Assembly: GCA_028534125.1 (NCBI GenBank)
Contig: CM052816.1
Span: 81,408,001 to 81,472,000, forward strand
Direction of reading: 5' to 3'
Origin: Lama glama
Lineage: Eukaryota
DNA: 64,000 bases
In this document: one piece after another, positions 1 to 12,169 of the stretch
Layout: the number at the start of each line of letters is the position of its first letter
How positions within the stretch are numbered: position 1 is the first letter of the stretch
Program-made: the position numbers and the translations under genes
Notes under the pieces: model-generated
Told to the model about the DNA's origin: nothing
The model's database searches: none
Seen by the model: only the letters and a program-made list of their open reading frames with translations

Positions 1-443
1 TATTTTATTATTAGAGATAATTAGATATGGATAATTACTATTCTTCTGCTCTTCCTTCCTTGTCTTCCACAAAGAGTTTTCAAGATGGTAAGTTCTATTA
101 ATTTTTCCTTTCTCTGGTTGGATGGAAAGTGGTCAGAAGAGGATCTTACGGTTAGAAAATTTTTTCGCTAAACTAATCCCTTCCTCATTCATTTATTAGA
201 GAGCCAAATTAGGAGCAACAGAAATGTTCTCTCTTTCATTGGCCTTTTATACTGTTTAGTTGAAGCTGTTATTTTTTTTTTTTGCTTGGGTGGCATTAAT
301 GTGCATCATTACATATTTCTTAATCATAATCAGGTTTTGGGGTTAAGAGATCTTGAGATTTGGCTTTGTGCTATCACCTTAAGCAGAGAATAACTTTTCT
401 TCTTGATTTTCGTAAAAGAAATTTGAAATTCTTATGAACTTAA

Positions 444-580
444 TTTTTTTAATTTATTTATTTTTTGTGGGAGGAGGTAATTAGATCTATTTATTTACTT
501 TAATGGAGGAATTAGAGATTGAACCCAGGACCTTGTACATGCTAAGCAAGCACTCTGCCACTGAGCTATACCTCCCCCCC
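444..580 (-). mobile_element. tRNA-derived SINE (camelid Vic-1-like)
   Basis: Reverse complement reads GGGGGAGGTATAGCTCAGTGGCAGAG...GGTCCTGGGTTCAATC..., with A and B boxes, then AATAAATAGATCTAATTACCTCC and an A-rich tail. Confidence 0.85.
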
Positions 581-959
581 TTCTAATGAACTTTATTAAT
601 CTTCCAATTTATTTAGTATTCAGATTACTTAACTTGAACAAGTCTTCAGTAACACCAGCATGTAGGCTTTTCCTTTACCACTGCAGTAAGTGCTGCTAAT
701 GATACTCTGCATTCAAATTAGTTCTGCTTTTGTCCTAAATCTGTGGTGATGAAGTAAAGAAAATAGAGGTTAAAATCTCTTGTAAGATTGGTTTGACATC
801 AGAATTGCTGATGTAGAGTCTACACTTCCTTTAGAATGGTATACCTTCTATAAATTACAAAAAGGCATATAGTTAATTTTTTAATGTTTATTATATAGTT
901 TATTTCTAAACAGTGTATATTAGGCTGAGGAATATTTTATGAAAGAGAATGATCTATTA

Positions 960-1300
960 TTATAGCCAGGATGAACCTCTAAAACATTATGCTAATTTAA
1001 GGAAGCCAGACACAAAATGTCATGCATTATATGATTACATTTGTATGAAATATCCAGAATAGACAAATCCATACAAACAGAGTGTACATTGGTGGTTGCT
1101 AGAGACTTAGGGGAAGGAGGGACTGAGGAAATGAGGAGAAACGTTTAATGGGCCAGGGGGTTTATTTTGGAGTAATAGAAATGTTTTGAACTAGATCTAG
1201 GTGGTGGTATACAACATAGTAAATATACTAAATGCACTGGATTGTTTAGCTTTAAAATAGTTATTTTATGTGCATTTTATCTCACTTAAAAAAAAATCAA
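960..1300 (+). mobile_element. Old L1 3' end (L1MB-like)
   Basis: ggatgaacctctaaaacattatgctaa...gaagccagacacaaa...ggtggttgctagag...ttatctcacttaaaaaaaaa. Confidence 0.75.
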
Positions 1301-3404
1301 ATGTGAGGAGAAAAATCCCCAAAAAAGAGGCTGACAAAACTGCCATAAATGTATATAAGTGTATTCTGCGCAAATATCAGTTAAAATATATGATTCAGCA
1401 TTTCTTTCCACATACTTTATGGATTTTTCAGGAGTATAAGTAAATTAGATTTTAGTGATGGTGGCTTGTAGTAAGAGAGCTCCTGTCAGTTTTAGAGGTT
1501 TTAAATGATAGGACACAGACATCACAGGGCAAAGAACTAACATTCTTTTAGCTTGCAAAAGAATTAGCAGATTATATTTGAACTGTATCATTTCACTCAT
1601 TTAGCTCAAAGATGATAACTTAGCACTTAGCTGTTCCATAACAAAAACCATGTACTGAAGTACATAAATACCCTCAAATCACCAGAAGCTGTGAGTAAAC
1701 TTTTTTTAAAGAAGACATGACAGTTTTTATTAAGAATTGATGAGTATGAAGCATTCAAATATAATTACAAAAATGTAACATCCTACTCATGGGCTTAGGA
1801 ATGAGAAGTCTATCATGCACATAAAGATTAAAATTGGTTAGTATATGTAAAGGCTTAGAACAGTGCTTAGTATATATAATAAACAGTCAGTAAGTTAGCT
1901 GTAATTGTAAAGAGGATAACTGCAACTATTACAGTTAGTTAGCCAGACTTCCCGGTGTTAGGTATTTAGATTGTTTCCAGCCCATTAACAGACAAACAGC
2001 CACACTGAACACTTTTTGTGGTTTAAGTGTAATAGTCCTATGGTAAGTCTTAAGTACTGACATTGCTGAGTTCATTAGATATGGATGTATGTGCCTTTGA
2101 ACTTGCCAATTGTGGGATTTTTTTTTTTTTTAAGATTTTGCATGTTTACACTCCCCCTAAGTGAAAGTACCTGTGTTACCACAGTCTCCTAAGGGTTTTT
2201 TGGAGGGAGGGGAGTTAGTTTTGTTTTGTTTTTTTTTCCTAAACATGGCCTTTTACCTGTACCAGAATTAGAAACTAACATCCAAGGAAACTAGTTAATG
2301 TTACCTGTCTGGATCATTCATTGTAAAGGATCTTTATTAGAACAGAGTTGTAGTTTAAAAAAAAACAAAAACTAGGTTTGCATTAAAAGTCAGTTAGACC
2401 TGACTGATTCAAATCCTAGCCCTCTTTTAAAGTTTTTTGTTTGTTTAATCTTTAAAATTGTGGTATAATGGCATCTAGTTTGGACAAATTAAATGAAACC
2501 ATGCATTTAAAGTGTTGAGCATGGTGCCTACAATTAGTAAGTGTTGTTCTTATTACTACTATTAAAGATAAGAAGGAAAAATAATACCTCATGAGTGTTT
2601 TTTAAAGCAAATGTTACATAGGTTTCACATCATTTAATATTTAAGAGAACATTTCTCTTTTAATAACACTAGCCACCAAGATCCTGTACAATAAAGCCTA
2701 AATATAATTTCCCTAATTTGATTCTGTTCATCTTTGATGTTGCCCTTTTACTTTTGAATGCATACATTTCAGTTTATAAACCTCATATATTCTACTTTTG
2801 TTGATTTCTTAACTATAGGCATCTCCTTAGAGAACAACCATGTTCCATAGAAAATTAGTATTTTTAAATTCCTTGCTCCACAGCAGATATCTCAGAAGGC
2901 AGATAATTGACTTAGTTTTATTATGTGATTTAATATATAGACCTTTTGTGTTCCATAAATAATTCCATTTCTTTCTTGGTTTTAGTTAGTTTCTACCTTA
3001 TTATGCAAGTGTAAATCGCAAATTCCCACTTCTGAGGTCAATTAGTAAGCAGATTTTGAAAAAGCTTTGAATTAATGTGAAACACATTTTATATCTTGAT
3101 ATACCTATATTATAGCTGATTATCTGATACTTATTTTTCCCCAACAGTCTCTAAAAGGATTTATAAATTTGAGATATTTTTGGAAAGTTGCTTAAGACTT
3201 GATCAATTTTGTATTTTAGTAGGTTGCTAATTATAACCCATGATTTCTTCTAATCAGCAGGATTATTTTCACATTCCTTCTAAAAATACTGTTTCATAAA
3301 TATTTGTTGAGTGTTTTCTATGTGCTGGCCACTAATGCTAGGCAAAGGGATTCAAAATAAATGACATTTGACAATCTTTATCTTCAAAGATTTCAGTCTT
3401 TTGG

Positions 3405-3539
3405 TGAGGGGAGCATAGAGCTCAGTGGTAAGGCTCACACTTAGCATGCAGTCCCCAGTACCTCCATTAAAATAAATAAATAAACCTAATTATCTCCCCC
3501 CCCAAAATAAAAAAAGAACCAAAACAAATTTTTAAAAAA
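3405..3539 (+). mobile_element. Vic-1-like SINE lacking the B box, with 15-bp TSD
   Basis: gagctcagtggtaag...cttagcatgca|gtccccagtacctccattaaaataaataaataaacctaatt. Perfect TSD atttcagtcttttgg at 3390-3404 and 3540-3554. Confidence 0.88.
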
Positions 3540-3864
3540 ATTTCAGTCTTTTGGACATGTTGAAATAATACTTGTCTGGAAAGTAGAGAGATTACATATT
3601 CATAGAATTGTCTAGATAACTGAAGCTGATTCCTTAAAATACTAAAAATTTTTAATGAAAAATCCTTTAAAAGTGTCTGGAACATCTTCCTGCATTCTTC
3701 AACTGAATAAACTGGACCATTTAAATTTTCTGTTGTGATTTGCATTTATCATTATTAACATCCTTTCTCAGATTTTTTCCAGTCTCATGCTTTCAGTTAT
3801 CATTTTTTTGTAGCTGTTAATGTACGCTGTCTCTTTAAATTCCCATCTCTCTTACAGTTTATTC

Positions 3865-3950
3865 TTTTCTTTTGTATTGAAGTACAATCAGTTATAATGT
3901 GTCAATTTCTGATGTACAGTGCAATGTCCCGCTCATGCACATACATACAT
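3865..3950 (-). mobile_element. Short L1 3'-end fragment
   Basis: ttttgtattgaagtacaatcagttataatgtgtcaatttctgatgtacag is the antisense of the L1 tail family seen at 5911-6150 and 63169-63584. Confidence 0.65.
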
Positions 3951-4026
3951 CAGTTTTCTTACAGTTCATTCTTAACTTGTTTGGTACTAGAATCTCCACA
4001 TGTCCAATCTTTTAAGAATTATTCTT

Positions 4027-4115
4027 AAGACTGTACTTTCAGGGATCATTTCTATAGTTTGTTACTAGAGAAGTTTCTCTGAACACGTAGAGCACCGGAA
4101 ACCATGAGGAGGAGG
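4027..4115 (+). pseudogene. 3'-truncated U3 snoRNA retrocopy
   Basis: AAGACTGTACTTTCAGGGATCATTTCTATAGTTTGTTACTAGAGAAGTTTCTCTGAACACGTAGAGCACCGGAAACCATGAGGAGG matches the recalled 5' end of mammalian U3 (AAGACTATACTTTCAGGGATCATTTCTATAG...) from nucleotide 1. A-rich tail at 4116-4136; the 3' domain (boxes B, C, D) is absent. Confidence 0.9.
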
Positions 4116-4359
4116 ATAAATAAATAGAAAAAAAAAGCGTTATTATTTAAAATATCTGAGTAAGTGGCCTTGGCGTGAATAGGTGGATGTAGTTGTTACC
4201 TTGGATTAGATCTATGAGCTTTTTAAGTATACTTTTTAAGAATGAGTTCTCACTAAGGTATTTTCGGCTTCACTGTCATTTTAAGATGTTCATTCGAGTT
4301 CCAGTCTATTTAGTTTCTTTGAATTAATCTTGGTGATCTTATTTAAAATTTAAGTAAAA

Positions 4360-4690
4360 GCTACAACGTGGGTGAACCTTAAACATTATGCTAAGTGAAA
4401 GAAGCCAGACACAAAAAGTCACATATTATAAGGTTCAAGTTGTATGAAATATCTAGAAGAGGCAAATCTATAGAAATAGAAAGTGGTTTAGTGGTTGCCA
4501 GAGGTTAGAGAAAAGGGAGAATGGAAAAAGACTGCTTTTGAGGTTGGAGTTTCTTTTGTGGGTGATGAAAATGTTCTGGAATTAGGGAGTGGTTATGGCT
4601 GAACAACTTTGTAAATGTACTAAAAACCACTGAATTATATACCTTGAAAGAGTGAATCTTATGTGAATTATATCTCAATTTTTGAAACCT
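4360..4690 (+). mobile_element. Old L1 3' end (L1MB-like)
   Basis: gtgggtgaacctt-aaacattatgctaagtgaaagaagccagacacaaaa...gatgaaaatgttctggaatta...gtgaattatatctcaat. Confidence 0.8.
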
Positions 4691-5283
4691 AAATGGAAGC
4701 AAATTTTTCTAATAAGATACTCTTTACAACACTTCTAGATCTATATCTATACTTTTACTTTTGTCTTCTAGTCATCAGTTTAGATTTTGAGTCTCTCAAA
4801 TGCAATTTACAGTGAAAGCATAATTTCCCTTAAGGATAATAGGTGTCTAATTGTGCATTCAGTGAAAGTTTAGATAACATCCATTGTTTGTAAAGAAAAT
4901 CCTGCTCTAACTCCTTAGTATTACCAGTATGTAAGTATAAGGAACAAATGTATGTGAGCCCTAAATATCTAAAGAGTTGGAAAGGATAATAATAACTAAA
5001 AATAAAAAACAAAAAAACCCTATTCTATTTTTTCATTAAGCATAAATTGCAAAATACTTTTAAAATGCAGATTATACATTGCTTTATTAATTTTTGTTTT
5101 ACTTAATTTTGATTTTATATTATGTAATTTTTATTTTCTTTTTGTGATTTGTTCTATGTAACTTTTTCAATCTTTAAAATTTTTAATGATAGTTTCACAA
5201 GCAGTTTGTCATTCTGGTGTTTGAAAATGATTAATTCCTTTGGCTGTAAGCTGTTAAACACATTTTTATGTTTTTATTTTTAG

Positions 5284-5403
<120 letters not shown>

Positions 5404-5505
5404 TAACTTCATTTTTAATGTTTGTGTTTGATGGTTAAATAAGAATTCTTTCTCTTAGAAATGGATAATGCTAATTCTTCTTTTACCCTCTGGTGATTGC
5501 TGTAG

Positions 5506-5603
5506 GTAGTCCTGGACTTCTGGATCCTTGTGAGAAGGATCCCTTTGATACCTTGGCAACAATGACTGACCAGCAGCGTGAAGACATCACATCCAGTGCG
5601 CAG
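5506..5603 (+). CDS. ZFR: ZFR penultimate coding exon
   Basis: Follows a 110-nt intron; acceptor tgtag (AG 5504-5505), donor gtacca at 5604. Encodes (G)[32 protein letters not shown] (98 nt, phase 1 to 0), containing the DZF LLDPCEK motif. Confidence 0.96.
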
Positions 5604-5910
5604 GTACCAGTGTGTTCCTAATCCCAAAGCTTTGTTCACTGCCCTTCAGGTTTTGGTTTTTTATAATTGTCCTTTAGAAGAAGTCACTGTATAAAATTAT
5701 TTCTTCTTCTACTTTAGTAAATAAGCCCTTAGAGGGGATATAATTTAAACTAGATTGCATTAATATAATCTTAAATTTTATTGTTTTAACTATGTATCTT
5801 ATTAAATGTATTATATAAATACAAAAACACAACAGTATTTTCAGTGTCATTAAATCTGGTTATTACATTATATGTTAGAATCAGTAGAGAAACTATGTCC
5901 TCTGGTTGTA

Positions 5911-6151
5911 GGGGGTAGGGAGGAATAAATTGGGAGTTCGGGTTTTGCAGATAGTAACTACTATGAATAAAATAGATAAACAACAGGTCTTATTGTATAG
6001 CATGGGGGACTACATTCAATACCTTGTAATAGTTTATAATGAAAAAGAGTATGAAAAGGAATTATACACACACACAAAACTGAATCACTATGCTGTACAC
6101 CAGAAATTAATACAACATTGTAAATCGACTATACTTGAATTAAAAAAAAAG
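5911..6151 (+). mobile_element. 5'-truncated L1 3' end with 31-bp flanking duplication
   Basis: ataaattgggagtt...aaaatagataaacaacaggtc...tgctgtacaccagaaattaatacaacattgtaaatcgactatacttgaatt then poly(A). Direct repeats at 5880-5910 and 6152-6182. Confidence 0.85.
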
Positions 6152-6911
6152 ATCAGTAGAGAAACCATGTCCTCTGGTTGTACAAAAGTGATGTGCTGCG
6201 TGGTTTATGGTAATTTTTGCTATTATTTAGCCTTTCCTACCACTAAAAAGGCCATCTAATACAGTAATTAAAACTGTGGGCTCTGGAGTCACGACTCCTG
6301 AGTTTGAATACCAGCTCTTTATCTAATCTATAAGGGGGGAAGCAGTATCTATCTCAAATAGGATTGGTGGGAAGATTAAATGAGTTAAAATTTCAGTCAA
6401 TCTAGAACTGCTGTAGTTTTCTTTTTTTGACTCAGAAGTGTACTAAGAGGAGAAATGGCTACTAGCTGTAAACAATAATAATCCACTGTAAGGCAGTTGA
6501 GCTTGATCTGTTCTGGCAAGAATGATTTGGAATTTGGAAGATACCAGGATTAAAGTAAATTGTTATGCTTAAAGTATATTGTGGGTGAGTCAATAGTAAT
6601 AGAAGATTATGAAATCTAACAGACTGTGGACTTCCAATTCACGTGTGTTAAACAAGCTTTGTTTTGTTTTTATTTCTTTGGGTTTAATTTTCTAAGGCAG
6701 AAGAAAGTTACCGTAGGTGTCTTTTCTTTTCTTTCTCCCTTAGTACTTAAAGAAGGAATTATTTATAAATTTTGGGTTAGGAGCAGGGTATTCGAAAATT
6801 TAAGAGAATTTGTATTTGAAAGGAAGGCAATTTTCTTTTAATGTGACTTTAAAGAAAGTAGTCTGGTTTTAAGAGGTAGTTAGAAATGTCCTAGTTAAAA
6901 GTGAAGAAGTT

Positions 6912-7640
6912 ATGGTGGAAAAAAGGGAAGTCTTGTACACTATTGGTGGAAAAGTAAATTGGTGCAGCCACTGGAAAACAGTATGGAGGTTTCACAAAAA
7001 ACTAAAAATAAAACTACCATGTGATACAGCAATTCCGCTTCTGGATATGTATCTGAAAAAAAAAAACAAGAATGCTAGCTTGAAAAGATACAAGCACCCC
7101 GGTCAATGTTCATAGCTGCATTATTGACAGTTGCCAAGATATGGAAGCAACCTAAGTGTCCATCAACATATGATAGATAAACAAGAGATATATATATATA
7201 GATATATATATATGCACACACACATATACATACACAATGGAATACTACTCAGCCATTAAAAAGAATGAAATTTTGCCATTTGCAGCAACGTGGATGGACT
7301 TGGAGGGTATTATGCTAAGTGAAGTAAGTCAGACAGAGAAAAACAAATACTGTATGATATTTATATGTGGAATCTAAAAAATACAACAAACTAGTGAATA
7401 TAGCAAAAAAGAAGCAGACTCACAGATATAGAGAACAAACTAGTGGTTACCAGTGGGGAGGTGGAAGGGGCTATATTGGGACAGGGGATTACAAGGTACA
7501 AACTTAGGTATAGAGTAAGCTACAGTGATATATTGTGCAACGTGGGGAATATAGCCAATATTTACAATTAAAAATTGTGAATTACCATATTGTATACCTG
7601 TAACTTGTATAATAGTGTACATCAACCGTCCTTGAGTAAT
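6912..7640 (+). mobile_element. L1 ORF2 C-terminal region and 3'UTR
   Basis: ORF 6912-7115 (YTIGGKVNWCSHWKTVWRFHKKLKIKLPCDTAIPLL) resembles the L1 ORF2 C-terminus; followed by ggaagcaacctaagtgtccatcaac and caatggaatactactcagcc. Confidence 0.9.
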
Positions 7641-8934
7641 GAATAAATGAATGTGGGGAAGTAACATTACTGTATCATTCCATTTATGTAACAATCATGA
7701 AATCACAATTATAGAGATGGTGAACAGATCAGTGGTTCCTAGAAGTTAGGAATATGGGAGAAGTTTGGGTGATACTATAAAGGGAGTCTTGTGGTGATGG
7801 TACAGTTTAGTGTCTTGTGTTGGTGGTTATTCCAGGCCAAACACGTGGTAGTTGCAAAACATGTAAACAAGTATATGTATGACTGGTGAAATCTGAATAA
7901 GCTCTGTAGATTGTACCCGTGTCAGTTTCAGTTTGGTTTTGGTGGCCTGTAGTACCCATGTCAATAATTCTCTTCCTTCCTTTGTCTCTGTCTGGGACTA
8001 TTCTTTTCCTTCCATAATGTTTACCTTTTTTTTTTTTTTTATGACTCTGTATGTACTGTTCTCTAGTAACCTTTTTAAATTGCTTCTGCAAGATGTACCT
8101 TTGTCATTTATTCACATCCCTTCTTATAGGTGTCCAGTAGAACAATGTACCTTTTAAAAGGCACATTTATAAGGTTAATCCTCCCCCTCATAAAAGGAAT
8201 TAAATAAACTGTAAGTTTTCTTTGATATTGTCTAAAAACTCCAAAATGACTTTGTAGAGGAATAATTTCAGTATTCTCAAGTTTTGTTTGCTGCTAAATA
8301 ATTGCCAATTACACTAGAATTCTCTCTCTTGCCAGGTGTTAGAAATACGTGCAAACCATATGCAGAACGAAAGCTTATAGAGTGCTCACTCCAGCATCAA
8401 ATGGCTATCATACTTTTCCTTACTGGAGTATTCTTACATTTAGAAACTCCTAGTATTAGAACAGGCTGATGATCAGTAACAATATCTCTATAGAAATGTG
8501 TTACTATTCATTATTATGCAGTAGATATCTTTGGATATTTTCATTTCATACAGAAGAAAACATTCTGTTTATCTTTGAGAAGGACCTTTTATAAGTCTCT
8601 TTAAATAAAGAATGAGTATTTTATTATGATAAATATTCCTGATTTCACTTCAGAAAGTTAACAGCCTTATAGAATAAATGAGATAGAGAAGCACCCAGTA
8701 CTGTCAAAAATTCAGAATTGCAGGCATAAGCAGAATGCAGTATCATGTTCTGAGCACATATGATTTGGGACTTTTCAAGGTTTAAAAAGCAAATATATAA
8801 GGCAAAGTTGTAAATAAACCGGAATCATCTGATCTGGAAAAAAGTTTTAGGACAGTAAATTCTCACTGGATAATTGTAATCAATAATTATATCTCAGCTT
8901 CAGAAAACAAACAAGGATTAAAAACAGTCTAAAC

Positions 8935-9665
8935 AGCAGCCACTTTGGAAAAGTTTGGCACTTCCTCAGTAAGTTAAACATATGACCCAGCAGTTTGACT
9001 CCTTAGGTATATACCCAAGAGAACTGAAAATGTATGTACATTAAAAATTTTATAGGGGGGAGGGTATAGCTCAGTGGTAGAGAACGAGCTTAGCATGCAT
9101 GAGATCCTGGATTCAATCCCCAGTATCTCTATTAAAATAAATTTTAAAAATAAACCTAATTACCCCCCCCAAAAAAAATACTGTATAGACAAATAGCAGC
9201 ACTGTGCATAATTGCCAAAAGTGGAAACCACCTAAGTGTCCATCAGCCAGTGAATGGATGGATAAACAAATACAGTATATCCATACAGTGGAAAATTACT
9301 CAGCCATTAAAAGGAATGAGGTGCTAATACATGCTACAGTATAGGTGAATCCTGAAAATCTTACGCTATGTGAAAAAAGCCAGATACAAAAAGTCATATT
9401 GTCTGATTTCATTTATATGAAATGTCCATAGTAGACAAATCTATAGAGATAGAAAAATAGGTTAGTGGTTGTGCAGGCTTTAGGGTAGAGGGATTGAGCA
9501 ATGATGGCTATTGCGCCATATGGTTTCTTTTTGGGATGATGAAAATGTTCTGAAATCAAAGACTGATTATGGTTGAAAAACTTTGTAAGTATACTACAAA
9601 GCACAGACTTGTACACTTTAAAAGAGTGACACTTAAAATATATGAATTATATTTCAAAAAATAGT
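8935..9665 (+). mobile_element. Old L1 (L1MB-like) interrupted by a SINE
   Basis: cactttggaaaa...atatgacccagcagtt...tatacccaagagaactgaaaa...tgaattatatttcaaaaa. Confidence 0.8.
9055..9180 (+). mobile_element. Vic-1-like SINE
   Basis: ggggagggtatagctcagtggtagag...gcttagcatgcatgagatcctggattcaatccccagta...taaacctaattacccccc then an A tail. Confidence 0.9.
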
Positions 9666-10320
9666 CTAAGCAGTTACATTGAAGGTTTAACCATATAGTA
9701 AAAGTTGGCATTTAATCAGATGACTAAAATCTCCTTAAATTAGTTTAAAATGTATCTATCATATCTCAAAAGTCCCTCTAGTTTAAAAATCATGAGATCT
9801 TTTGACACTGATGCCTAACATTCCTATGTATACATTGCCATGTAGTGAAAGTCTTTTCTTAGTTCATGAAGTAACAAGTTGAAGAAGTATGATCCTCATT
9901 TTGTAAACCTGAGGAGGTTTGTGTGTGTGTGCATATGAACTCCAGGCCTTGAGCATGTGTGTATGTATGGACATCCACAGAAAAAGTGGGAAAATACATG
10001 AATATGAACTAAATAGAGGTTCATTCAATTAGTGATACACTTTTGCTGTATGTTGTTTTAGGGTTTTCTATTTGTTTTTAATGAACATAATACTAATTTT
10101 TTTAATTTATATGTTAAAAAAACAAAATAGCATGCACACAAAAGAACCTGAAAATAAAAACATCAGAACATATGGAGTATTTCATTTGTGAAACTTAATA
10201 TTGTTCAATGTGTTTCTTTCCTTAAACATGCTTTCTTATGTTGTTATATGGGGATAGAAACCTAATAAGACTTAATACTGGTTTTTTAAATTAACTAAAT
10301 TCTCGCTCTTTTTGTTGCAG

Positions 10321-10500
10321 TTTGCACTGAGACTCCTTGCATTCCGCCAGATACACAAAGTTCTAGGCATGGATCCACTACCCCAAATGAGCCAACGTTT
10401 TAACATCCACAACAACAGGAAACGAAGAAGGGATAGCGATGGAGTTGATGGATTTGAAGCCGAGGGGAAAAAAGACAAAAAAGATTATGATAACTTTTAA
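10321..10500 (+). CDS. ZFR: ZFR terminal coding exon
   Basis: Polypyrimidine tract and ttgcag acceptor ending at 10320. Encodes [59 protein letters not shown] then TAA; in phase with the previous exon; basic RKRRR motif. Confidence 0.97.
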   Translation, partial: FALRLLAFRQIHKVLGMDPLPQMSQRFNIHNNRKRRRDSDGVDGFEAEGKKDKKDYDNF

Positions 10501-11950
10501 AAAGTTTCTGTAAATCTGCAGTGTTAAAAACAAGTGCCCATTCGTTGGCTGTTTTTCATTCATAATAATGTCTACTTTGAAAAAATTATCAAGAATTCAA
10601 AGAATTACATGGAAGAACCAAGTTTTTCTATGACATTAAAATCTTAATGTACAGTGTTAGGTATTATATGAATGGAAAGACACCCCCAAAAAAGTTGTGC
10701 TCCAACTAGGGGAAAAACAATGGTTCTGACTTTTTTCCCCATTATTTTGGTTTTATTTACTGGTTGCCCTAGGTCCCTCATATTTGTGTCTTTTATTAAC
10801 TAGTCCTGTTAAATCTTTACTGTATTTAATGCAGTATTTGTGCTTCAGTTGCTATGTGTATTTTGATATTTTTATTTAGAGGTTTTGTTTGCTCTTTGAC
10901 ACTAGTTGTTACTTTGTGTTACAGATATCCTTTATCCCTTCTTAATATTTTACAGCAGTACGTTTTTTTGTAACGTGAGACTGCAGGATTTTTTTCCTTT
11001 TGTTCTGTTATTCTGTGTGTGACGGATTACAACACAAAAAAGTTATCCTGCCATTTAAGTGCTCAGAACTGAATGTTTCTGCAGATCTTGTGGCATTTGT
11101 CTCTCTAGTGTGATATATAAAGATGTAATTAAGACATATTTCTGTTAATCTAATCAAGTTTGCTGTCAGTTGTGCATTATTAGCAGTATAAAAGCTAATA
11201 TATACTATATGGTCTTGCAACAGTTTTAAAGCCTCTGCATAATTGATAATAAAAATGCATGACAGTTTTGTTTTTAATAGACTTTTAAAATTATAATTTT
11301 AGGTTTGACACGTAGATCTTTGTACAGTTGACTTTTTGACATAGCAAGGCCAAAAATAACTTTCTGAATATTTTTTTCTTCTGCATAAGTGGAAAGGGCA
11401 TTTTTCATATATAAGTGGGCTAACCAATATTTTCAAAAAAACTTTATCATTGTGCAACTAACAACAGTAACTAGCCCTTAATTATGACAGTTCCTTATTG
11501 GTGTGTGTGAGATTACTCTAGCAACTATTACAGTATAACACAGTTGAATGATCCCTGCCCCCTACCCCACACCCCATCACCCAGATAACTTACAGTTCTA
11601 TTAACAGTGAGGTTGATAAAGTATTACTGATTTAAAAAATTAAGATTATCTAAAGAAAAAAAACAGAAAATTATTTGGTGTGGCCATCTTACATGCTTAT
11701 GTGTCCTACAAAAAGCTAACTATTCTAGCAGTGGTGTAATGAAAAGTTACATCTTACTGTTGATATATGTATGCTCTGGTACACAAATGTCATTTTGTTG
11801 TCACAGCACTACAGTGAAATACACAAATAAAAACTTAAATTCATATAATGACTTAAATGTATTATATGTTAGAATTGACATCATAAACTGCTTTTGCTTT
11901 GAAATGACCTAATGCTTCAGTAAAACCATATTCAAATTTATTGGGTACTT
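10501..11950 (+). other. ZFR: ZFR 3'UTR (end approximate)
   Basis: AT-rich, largely repeat-free sequence after the stop. Poly(A) hexamers: AATAAA 11248-11253, AATAAA 11826-11831, AGTAAA 11919-11924. Confidence 0.75.
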
Positions 11951-12169
11951 ACATCTTGTTATTCCTGACAAATGATGTTACCTGAACACATAATTTCCAG
12001 GAAATTGTATTATGCAGTACCATATTGGTTCGGTTGCTTTTGGGTCAGAATCTTCCCCTGGATTTTTAGAGGACCAGGAGACTGTAGGAGATGACCACTG
12101 AGAAAATAGAACAGGAGACTCAGGCTCTTCTCCCAAATTTCTCACGTACTATCTTTGTAACTCAGGCAG

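Noticed and set aside
1..5283. Additional upstream ZFR exons
   Set aside because: No segment with splice sites and a DZF-like translation was found; the region is treated as intron.
5501..5510. Tandem acceptor tag|gtag at ZFR, and a similar gtat|gtat donor at 54057
   Set aside because: 4-nt shifts would frameshift; this is a common chance pattern with no evidence of use.
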